The position numbers and the translations under genes were made by a program. The notes beneath the pieces are model-generated. The model did not search any database, was not told where the DNA came from, and was given only the letters and a program-made list of their open reading frames with translations. DNA of 64,000 nucleotides from an uncultured Pseudomonadota bacterium (GTDB lineage Bacteria > Pseudomonadota > Gammaproteobacteria > Burkholderiales > Gallionellaceae). This document shows, piece by piece, positions 54,584-64,000 of this stretch. Location: contig CAVQZH010000012.1 in assembly GCA_963718345.1 (NCBI GenBank), positions 23,406-87,405 of the forward strand, written 5' to 3'. Position 1 is the stretch's first letter; each line of letters starts with the position of its first letter.

Positions 54584-55489
54584 TCAGGCAGCGCTGGAAA
54601 CATTGATTGAAATAGGTTGAGGTTGCAGAAAAAGTTTTTCCTGAGAACGGACGAAACGATCCATTACTTTCAAGTCCTTCTCGTTGAGTTTGAGCGCCGC
54701 GTCGACCCACACTGTGGTGATATCGATCAACTCCTGGTAGCGTTAGCGGGTTAAATCGTGACGAGCTTTTTGCACCGCCAGAAAGCCATTGGAACGACGT
54801 TCCTGCTTCTTGATATAGTCGTTAACAGCCTCAATCCCCTTGCCGTCTTCAGCAAGGATATCAATCAACCCGACCTCATGCAGTTCTTCTGCGCTGTAAA
54901 TTTTTCCGCTCAAGATCATTTTTTCGGCGAATTTCGGACTGACTTTTCTCGCCACAAGGCTGTATGCGCCCATTCCCGGGAACAAGTTGAACAATATTTC
55001 AGGGAAACCCAACTGGCAGTTGCGCTCGGCGATCACAACGTCACTGGCAAGTGCCGCTTCCAAACCGCCGCCCAAAGCATCACCCTGCAATAAGGTAATC
55101 GTCGCCAGCGGCTGGTCAAAATGGCGCATTCTGGGAAAGATTACATCGATACAAGCAACAGCATATCGCAACAAAGATTCACGATCCTGATTTCGAATCA
55201 GTTGCCTGAATAGAGCAAGCTGTCCACCCAGGTTGAAAACCCCTGGCGTAATTGAAGCCAAAACCGAGTATCGGATGTCATGAAGTTCGTCTCCGAATAG
55301 CAATTTTCCCTGAGAACGCTCGATAGATTCATGATGCTTGCCTAGATCCTGCAAAAGTTCAGGCGTGACACATGGAACTGCATCCTGACTCACGAGGGTC
55401 CAAAGTACTCCCTGATCTGCATCAAATCGCGTACGAAGTTGAGAATATTGTGTCTTCAGTAAATCGTAATGATTCTGAACGAGTTCCAT
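54584..55489 (-). CDS. rpfF: RpfF DSF synthase (crotonase/enoyl-CoA hydratase family); in-frame TAA at 54743 probably from compensating indels
   Basis: VFNLGGQLALF, QGDALGGGLEAAL, GFPEILFNLFPGMGAYS (both catalytic Glu present); frame continues past the TAA as YQELIDITTVWVDAALKL...SQ to TGA at 54584. Confidence 0.88.
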
Positions 55490-55598
55490 TTTTCTTCTCT
55501 CCTCATACTCAGATCGGGATGTCGCGCATCATAATGCCTCGAATCCGATTCGAGAAGTCACTTTTGACGTTCTCGCATCAGAATCAAGAAAGTTCGTG

Positions 55599-56651
55599 TT
55601 AAACCAACGGCAATTCCCCTTCATGCATACCGATGCCGGCAACCTCGTGCAAGGCCCTGACGAAGTCGGCATTTTCATGCAGTTGGACCAGAGACCACGG
55701 GTGCGTATGCCCATGCATCTGCGCCAACCGCGCTTTGCTCTGCGCAGGCATGTCCCACTTCAATCCGGCCAACAGCTCGTCCGCAGAGTCCGGTCTATTG
55801 CACACCAGCACCATGTCGCAACCCGCATTTAGTGCCGCTTCGGCGCGTTGCACGATACCGCCGGCCACGGTCGCACCTTCCATGCTCAAATCGTCGCTGA
55901 AGATGCATCCCTCGAAACCCAGTTCCCCGCGCAAAATGTCTTTCAGCCACACTTTGGAAAATCCAGCCGGTCTTGGATCGACCTTGGGATAGATGACATG
56001 CGCAGGCATCACTGCAGTGAGACCGTAGTTCACCAGCCGTCGGAAAGGGATAAGGTCGCACAACTCAATATCGGTGTAGCTGCGTTCGTCGACGGGGATC
56101 TCCAGATGTGAATCGGCGCAAACGAAGCCGTGTCCTGGGAAATGCTTGCCCACGGTTGGCATCCCGCCCTGTTTCAATCCGGTCAACAGGCTGTGCGCCA
56201 GCTCTGCAATGACTTCCGGCTCGGAATGGAAAGCACGATCGCCGATAACCGAGCTGGTGCCAAAATCCACGTCCAAAACCGGCGTGAAACTGAAGTCGAT
56301 GCCGCAGGCGCGCAACTCTGAAGCCAGTATGTAACCCACCTGCTGCGCCAGATGCTTGGCTCGTTTCGGATGTGCATCCCACACCTTGCCCAATTCGCGC
56401 ATCGGGGGAATGCGTGTAAATCCTTGGCGAAAACGCTGCACTCTGCCGCCTTCGTGGTCTACCGCGATGAGCAATGGGGGTGTGCGCAACGCATGAATGC
56501 TGGCAGTCAACTCGTCGAGTTGGCCGGGAGATTCGTAATTCCGGCCAAACAGGATGACGCCCCCAACCAACGGATGACGCAGGCGTGCTTCATCCTCCGC
56601 CGTGAGTGTTTTTCCAGCAACATCCAGCATCACCGGTCCGTTACCCATCAA
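55599..56651 (-). CDS. nagZ: Beta-N-acetylhexosaminidase
   Basis: [26 protein letters not shown]. Confidence 0.95.
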   Translation of the reverse strand: MMGNGPVMLDVAGKTLTAEDEARLRHPLVGGVILFGRNYESPGQLDELTASIHALRTPPLLIAVDHEGGRVQRFRQGFTRIPPMRELGKVWDAHPKRAKHLAQQVGYILASELRACGIDFSFTPVLDVDFGTSSVIGDRAFHSEPEVIAELAHSLLTGLKQGGMPTVGKHFPGHGFVCADSHLEIPVDERSYTDIELCDLIPFRRLVNYGLTAVMPAHVIYPKVDPRPAGFSKVWLKDILRGELGFEGCIFSDDLSMEGATVAGGIVQRAEAALNAGCDMVLVCNRPDSADELLAGLKWDMPAQSKARLAQMHGHTHPWSLVQLHENADFVRALHEVAGIGMHEGELPLV

Positions 56652-57031
56652 CCTTCTCCTTCCAGAATTACGAATGCTACAGCCGTGTCTCTCTCGTCGC
56701 TGATACTCAGGTGATGAGCTGTAACGCCAAGCCGCTGCAAAAATGCGGACAATTCAGGGTCAAACAAAAAAACTGGCTTGCCCAATGCATCATGGCTAAC
56801 AGTTATACGGTGCAAACCCACCGGTTGCCTCAATCCATACCCTGTGGCCTTGGCAAACGCTTCCTTGGCGGCAAAACGCTTGCTCAAGAAGCGCGCGGGG
56901 TGCGCTTGCCTGGCGTACTCCGCCAACTCCGGGTCCGTCAATATGCGCTTGGCGAACGCCGCCCCGTGGCGTGCAGTCGCCGCCTCGATGCGTGCCACGG
57001 CGACAATATCGGTGCCAATGCCGAAAATCAT
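56648..57031 (-). CDS. acpS: Holo-ACP synthase
   Basis: [27 protein letters not shown]. Confidence 0.95.
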   Translation of the reverse strand: MIFGIGTDIVAVARIEAATARHGAAFAKRILTDPELAEYARQAHPARFLSKRFAAKEAFAKATGYGLRQPVGLHRITVSHDALGKPVFLFDPELSAFLQRLGVTAHHLSISDERDTAVAFVILEGEG

Positions 57032-57744
57032 GCAGTCAACAACGCTTTCATGTTCTTCACAGCCTGTTCCAGCCCAATGAACACTGCTTCGGAAACAATC
57101 GCGTGACCGATATTGAGTTCCGCAATGTGCGGTATGGCGACGATGGGACGCACGTTGTGATAGTTCAAACCGTGCCCGGCATTCACTTGCAAGCCGAGTG
57201 CATGCGCATGGATCGCGGCACGATTGATGCGCCCCAATTCGGCCTCGCGCGTCGAAATACTATCCGCGTCGCCATACTTTCCGGTGTGTATCTCCACCAC
57301 CGGAGCACCCGCTTTCCAGGCCGCTTCCAATTGGCGTTCGTCTGCATCCACAAACAATGACACGCGTATCCCCGCCTCGGTACAGCGCTGGGTAGCACGT
57401 TGTACTGCCTGGAAATGATTCACCACGTCCAGACCGCCCTCGGTGGTCAGCTCTGCACGTTTTTCCGGTACCAGGCAGATATCGTGCGGCTTTACACGCA
57501 GCGCATTGGAGATCATTTCATCGGTGACCGCACATTCCAGGTTCATGCGTGTCTGCAACATGCCGCGCAGGATATCCACATCGGCGTCCTGAATATGGCG
57601 GCGGTCTTCGCGCAAGTGAATCGTGATGGCGTCCGCACCCGCTGCTTCGCAGATCAAAGCGGCACGTACCAGATTGGGATAACGCGAACCGCGCGCTTGG
57701 CGCAACGTGGCAACGTGATCGATATTAAGCCCGAGTTTGATCAT
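57028..57744 (-). CDS. pdxJ: Pyridoxine 5'-phosphate synthase
   Basis: [40 protein letters not shown]. Confidence 0.96.
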   Translation of the reverse strand: MIKLGLNIDHVATLRQARGSRYPNLVRAALICEAAGADAITIHLREDRRHIQDADVDILRGMLQTRMNLECAVTDEMISNALRVKPHDICLVPEKRAELTTEGGLDVVNHFQAVQRATQRCTEAGIRVSLFVDADERQLEAAWKAGAPVVEIHTGKYGDADSISTREAELGRINRAAIHAHALGLQVNAGHGLNYHNVRPIVAIPHIAELNIGHAIVSEAVFIGLEQAVKNMKALLTA

Positions 57745-58472
57745 AATTTTTGCAAATCCCTCATCAATTCGCGTGTGTGCAGTGTTTTTCCGGCAAGGTG
57801 GTGGTCGAGCAGCATGCGCATCAATTGTTTGCTTTGCCGTGCGCTATTGACATCGCGGTAGTCGTCGGCTGCCATGTCCAGCAAAGTCTTGCCCGCCACT
57901 GGCATACCTTGCGCTGCATCCGGCGTTTCGGCGATCGCACCGCGCTCAAGTATATAACGGTAAGTCTGGTTCGGCATGATGGGCTGGCCGTTGCCCGCCT
58001 CGGTATCCAGGCGCAACGCATAACCCAGCTCTTGCAGCATGTGTTTTTCGAAGCAGCGCAAAGTGAACGCATGATCCTCTTCCTGCGCCAAACGTTGCAA
58101 CGTTTGCTGGTAATAATCGAACAGCATCTCGTGCGGATCGTCGCGTGCCATCAGGTTAAGCAACAGTTCGTTCAGATAAAAACCGCACAGCAATGCGGTA
58201 CCCTGCAACTGCGGCTGACCGCCCTGCCATTCCGCACTGTGCAGTGTGCGCAACTCGTGCTTGCCGAACCAGCTTAACGTCAGCGGTTGGAATCCCATCA
58301 GCAAACCGCGCAGCGCCGACCTTGGACGTCTCGCTCCGCGCGCAACCAAAGGAATTCGCCCATGCTGCCGACTGAACACTTCCAGAACCAGGCTGGTTTC
58401 GCGAAATGGGTAACTGTGCAGTACGAATGAAGGCTCGTCCTGGATACGTTGTTTGGAAGATACGTTACTCAT
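57741..58472 (-). CDS. recO: DNA repair protein RecO
   Basis: [27 protein letters not shown]; position after era. Confidence 0.93.
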   Translation of the reverse strand: MSNVSSKQRIQDEPSFVLHSYPFRETSLVLEVFSRQHGRIPLVARGARRPRSALRGLLMGFQPLTLSWFGKHELRTLHSAEWQGGQPQLQGTALLCGFYLNELLLNLMARDDPHEMLFDYYQQTLQRLAQEEDHAFTLRCFEKHMLQELGYALRLDTEAGNGQPIMPNQTYRYILERGAIAETPDAAQGMPVAGKTLLDMAADDYRDVNSARQSKQLMRMLLDHHLAGKTLHTRELMRDLQKL

Positions 58473-59358
58473 ACCCCAGGGATTTCAACATCTGCGCACT
58501 ATCCGCCCAGCCGCTGCGGACTTTGACGAACACCTCGAGAAAAACTTTGCCGTCGAACAACTTTTCCATGTCGAGGCGAGCCTGGGTGGCGATTTCCTTG
58601 AGCTTCTCGCCCTTGCTGCCGATCAGCATCGCCTTGTGTGCTTCTTTATCCACCAGAATGGCAGCATGTATCCGTCGCAATTTGCCTTCGAGCTTGAATT
58701 GTTCGATTACGACACTGACCGAGTACGGCAGTTCTTCCCCGGTGAAACGGAAAACTTTTTCACGCAGCAATTCGGCCGCAAGAAAGCGCTCGTTACGGTC
58801 GGTGATCTCGTCCTCGCCATACAAGTGTTCACCCTCGGGAATGAACGGGCGTATGGCATCAAGCAGGGTATCGAGCTGTTTTCCCTGCCGTGCGCTGATG
58901 GGAACGATCGCCGCAAAGTGACGCAAAGCCGATAATTGCTCGATGAAAGGCAACAGTTCAGCCTTGTCTGCCAGCAAGTCCGCCTTGTTGATGACGAGAA
59001 TCACCGGGCGGTCCTGCGGCAAAAGATCCAGTACTTGTTGGTCGCGTTCGTCAAAGTGGCGCGCCTCAAGCACAAATAGAACCACGTTCACTTCGCGCAG
59101 GCTGCTCGTCACCACGCGGTTCATGCCGCGATTCAGTGCGTTGGTGTGCTGGGTCTGAAAACCTGGAGTGTCGACGAAGACGAATTGTGTCTTGTCCTCC
59201 GTGAGGATGCCGGTGATACGGTGGCGTGTGGTCTGCGCCTTGCGCGAAGTGATGCTGATTTTTTGCCCGATAAGGTGGTTGAGCAATGTGGATTTGCCCA
59301 CATTGGGGCGCCCGACGATTGCGATAAAACCGCTATGGAATGTTTGGGGATCGGTCAT
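58465..59358 (-). CDS. era: GTPase Era
   Basis: [22 protein letters not shown] domain. Confidence 0.96.
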   Translation of the reverse strand: MTDPQTFHSGFIAIVGRPNVGKSTLLNHLIGQKISITSRKAQTTRHRITGILTEDKTQFVFVDTPGFQTQHTNALNRGMNRVVTSSLREVNVVLFVLEARHFDERDQQVLDLLPQDRPVILVINKADLLADKAELLPFIEQLSALRHFAAIVPISARQGKQLDTLLDAIRPFIPEGEHLYGEDEITDRNERFLAAELLREKVFRFTGEELPYSVSVVIEQFKLEGKLRRIHAAILVDKEAHKAMLIGSKGEKLKEIATQARLDMEKLFDGKVFLEVFVKVRSGWADSAQMLKSLGYE

Positions 59359-60029
59359 GTGCTCTCTTCGATTCGTTGATAGGCGCGCTCGGCGGCAATT
59401 TGTTCGGCAATGCGACGACTGGCGCCTTCACCCTGGGTTGTCAGTTCAAGTTGTGCGACATTGCATGAGACGACGAAAGTCTGTGCGTGCGCTTCGCCCT
59501 TTATTTCCATCACGCTGTATTGCGGCAGCGGGAACTTGCGGGCCTGCAAATATTCTTGCAGCAGCGTTTTGGCATCCTTGCCGAGGGTCTGCAGATCAGC
59601 TTGTTCGATGAACGGCACGTACAAACCCAATACCACTTTTTCCGCGGCTGAAAAGTCTGCATCCAGGAACACCGCACCAAACAACGCTTCCAGGCCATCG
59701 GCCAGAATCGAGGGGCGACGGAATCCTGCACTTTTGCGTTCACCGTCCCCCAGCAGCAACTGCTCGCCCAAATTCAACTGCTGCGCCAATATCGCGAGCG
59801 TCTGCTGATTCACCAGATTGGAGCGCAGACGTGACAGGTCGCCTTCGGGCAAATCCGGATAAGTGTCGTAAAGGTATTTGGCAATGACGCAGTTGAGCAC
59901 GCTATCGCCAAGGAATTCCAGGCGCTCATTGTGCGCGGCGGTGTAACTTCGGTGCGTTAACGCACGCTGCAACAATTGCGGTTGCTCGAACCGATAGCCA
60001 AGTTGCTTGCACAGTGCCGCGTGCTTCAT
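59355..60029 (-). CDS. rnc: Ribonuclease III
   Basis: [18 protein letters not shown], ds[12 protein letters not shown]. Confidence 0.96.
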   Translation of the reverse strand: MKHAALCKQLGYRFEQPQLLQRALTHRSYTAAHNERLEFLGDSVLNCVIAKYLYDTYPDLPEGDLSRLRSNLVNQQTLAILAQQLNLGEQLLLGDGERKSAGFRRPSILADGLEALFGAVFLDADFSAAEKVVLGLYVPFIEQADLQTLGKDAKTLLQEYLQARKFPLPQYSVMEIKGEAHAQTFVVSCNVAQLELTTQGEGASRRIAEQIAAERAYQRIEEST

Positions 60030-60037
60030 CAGGTGGC

Positions 60038-60427
60038 TTATGAACTACTCGGATTGAATTCGAGCAACAGGATGATATTGGCCGCCACCGGAATCTTGAC
60101 CGAGTAGCTGGCGCTCAGTTTCAATCTTCCCCCCTCCTTGCTGATATCGATGTCTTCGGCTGTAATGTCGGTGATATAGCCGATGTTTGCGCGATTGCTG
60201 TATGACATCTTGATCTCGCTGATCGATGCTCCTTGCATTGCGGGATCGCTCGCCATCGTCCGGAATATCTGTGCGATTTGGGCACTGTGAACATACGGAG
60301 GGACCATTTTCATGCCCAGGATCGCTACAAAGATCAACCCTGCGGCAATCAAAATCAAACCTACAAAGCCGATACCTCGCTGCTTGAGTATTGTTGCCTT
60401 CATCTGCTGTCCTTTCCCGATGTCCAT
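60038..60427 (-). CDS. DUF4845 family membrane protein
   Basis: KQRG-hydrophobic pilin-like N-terminus; conserved position between lepB and rnc. Confidence 0.75.
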   Translation of the reverse strand: MDIGKGQQMKATILKQRGIGFVGLILIAAGLIFVAILGMKMVPPYVHSAQIAQIFRTMASDPAMQGASISEIKMSYSNRANIGYITDITAEDIDISKEGGRLKLSASYSVKIPVAANIILLLEFNPSSS

Positions 60428-60430
60428 TGC

Positions 60431-61234
60431 CTAATCAACCATTAAACCGACGCGCTTCAATTCGCCAAAATTCATCCAGATCAGGAATGCCTTGCCGACG
60501 ATCATCTCGTCCGGAACGAATCCCCAGTAGCGGCTGTCGCGACTGTTATCGCGGTTGTCGCCCATCATAAAGTATTCCCCCGCAGGAACAGTGCAGCGCA
60601 CTTCCACTTCACTGTAACTGCATTGCTCGTGTTGCGGGAAATTGGCAACATTATCCAGATGCAGCAGCGGCATATCGGGATTCAACAGAACTTCATGCGT
60701 CTTTCCGCTCAGATTTTCTATATAGCGCTCAGTGTGTACAAACCGCAATCCGCTCTCTACGTAGTTGTAGTCTCCATCACGCCGCATGGTTTGCGCCTCG
60801 CCGTTGATCCACAACTTCTTGTCGCGATAGACCACCACGTCACCCGGAACCCCGACCACGCGCTTAATATAATCTACCGACGGGTCCTCCGGATAGTGGA
60901 ACACCATTACGTCGCCCCGATGCGGCTGATTGATCTCGATGAACTTCTTGTTGACTATGGGCAGACGCAAGCCGTACGTATAGCGATTGACCAGTATAAA
61001 GTCCCCCACATGGAGTGTGGGTATCATTGAACCGGACGGTATCTTGAACGGTTCGATCAAAAATGAACGCAGCAGAAACACAACCAGGATCACTGGAAAG
61101 AAGCTTTTGGCATATTCCACCCACCAAGGCTCATTCACGCCTGCCGGGCGCTTGGCGCGCAACATAATGCGATCCAGAAGCCAGATCACACCGGTCACCA
61201 GCAGCAGCAAAAACAAGATCAGGGCAAAGGGCAT
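60431..61234 (-). CDS. lepB: Signal peptidase I
   Basis: IPSGSMIPTL, DYIKRVVG.PGD, MGDNRDNS.DSRYWG. Confidence 0.96.
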   Translation of the reverse strand: MPFALILFLLLLVTGVIWLLDRIMLRAKRPAGVNEPWWVEYAKSFFPVILVVFLLRSFLIEPFKIPSGSMIPTLHVGDFILVNRYTYGLRLPIVNKKFIEINQPHRGDVMVFHYPEDPSVDYIKRVVGVPGDVVVYRDKKLWINGEAQTMRRDGDYNYVESGLRFVHTERYIENLSGKTHEVLLNPDMPLLHLDNVANFPQHEQCSYSEVEVRCTVPAGEYFMMGDNRDNSRDSRYWGFVPDEMIVGKAFLIWMNFGELKRVGLMVD

Positions 61235-61251
61235 TTTTCTTCCATTTCAGG

Positions 61252-63046
<1,795 letters not shown>

Positions 63047-63142
63047 GAGGCTCAAAATAATAAATCCCGTCGAAAGCGGCTGTTTCGCAAAGCGCGGATT
63101 CTAGCCGATTTTGACGGGATACGCTGAGCAACAGGGCGTTGC

Positions 63143-64000
63143 TTACTTGTCATCCATCTTGATAGGCACGTAGACAGTGCCATCGCTGCGGCGCACCAGC
63201 AAAGCTATGTTGCGTCCGTGGGGTACCTTTTTGAGAACCTCATTGAATTGCTCGACACTATGTATCTCGATATTGCCGATTGCGAGAATCACATCGCCTC
63301 GTTGCAGCTGACTGCGCGCCGCGGTACCTTTCAAATCCTCAACGATCAAGCCGCCCTCAACCTGCAACTCAGCCTTCTGCTGGTCGTTCAATTCGCTCAC
63401 GACCACACCGAGACGGGCTTCGCTTTCAGATGACCCGTCGCTGCTGCCGCGATTGCCGCCACGCTGGGCAACGGCGCCCTCATCCTTGATCTCCGCGACT
63501 ACCATCGAAATATCCAGCGTGCTGCCCTTGCGCCAAACTTGCACGCTGACCTTGCTCCCTGGCTTGGTAGCGGCAACGATACGCGGCAGATCGGCCGACG
63601 AATTAACTTCCTTACCGTCAAACTTCAGAATGACATCGCTCGGTCGCACGCCCGCCTTTTCCGCAGGACTACCCTTTTCCACGGAAGAAATCAGCGCACC
63701 ACCGGCTGTTGGCAAACCGAACGAATCTGCCAGCTCCCGCGTCACTTCCTGTATAGATACGCCTATTCGACCACGCGTAACCTTACCGGTACTGCGCAGC
63801 TGGCTGACCACATCCATCGCTACGTCAATAGGTATGGAAAACGACAACCCCATATAACCGCCGGAACGACTGTATATCTGGGAATTGATACCAACCACCT
63901 CGCCTTTCATATTGAAAAGCGGGCCGCCGGAATTGCCCGGGTTAATCGGCACATCGGTTTGAATGAAAGGCACAAAATTCTCTTGCGGCAAGGAACGGCC
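63143..64000 (-). CDS. DegP/MucD-family serine protease, 5' end outside the window
   Basis: [15 protein letters not shown] and two PDZ domains; upstream of lepA. Confidence 0.9.
   Translation of the reverse strand, partial: GRSLPQENFVPFIQTDVPINPGNSGGPLFNMKGEVVGINSQIYSRSGGYMGLSFSIPIDVAMDVVSQLRSTGKVTRGRIGVSIQEVTRELADSFGLPTAGGALISSVEKGSPAEKAGVRPSDVILKFDGKEVNSSADLPRIVAATKPGSKVSVQVWRKGSTLDISMVVAEIKDEGAVAQRGGNRGSSDGSSESEARLGVVVSELNDQQKAELQVEGGLIVEDLKGTAARSQLQRGDVILAIGNIEIHSVEQFNEVLKKVPHGRNIALLVRRSDGTVYVPIKMDDK

Overview
Betaproteobacterial chromosome segment. Gene content and order suggest a microaerophilic Gallionellaceae/Nitrosomonadales-like organism (inference). From left to right: (1) 1-15 kb: a flavin reductase, a DinG/YoaA helicase with an in-frame palindromic insertion, a globin-coupled diguanylate cyclase divergent from an HD-GYP/ankyrin pair, head-to-head selD and selU, marR-emrAB, and acnA. 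(2) About 15-35 kb, accessory: a PsiF-like protein, hemerythrin, a DUF427-egtB-egtD-DMT ergothioneine operon, a ZnF-UBP / DsbA-NhaA / DUF5996 cluster, and a metal-uptake divergon. That divergon has a DUF2946 (CxxC...RGPP) leader ahead of TBDR-exbB-exbD-tonB-ZIP, facing a CxxCGC beta-barrel plus TlpA. A broken IS21 with a nested IS30 relic follows. (3) 35-44 kb: a seven-gene FIST/hemerythrin-kinase/c-di-GMP signalling operon. (4) 44-64 kb: core genes (def, mtnP, hpt, galU, ligA, zipA; nagZ-acpS-pdxJ-recO-era-rnc-lepB-lepA-degP), interrupted by an rpfG-rpfC/rpfF DSF quorum-sensing cassette. Many genes, including essential ligA, carry indel frameshifts that look like uncorrected long-read errors, so broken genes are not treated as pseudogenes. 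No rRNA, tRNA or CRISPR array was recognised.
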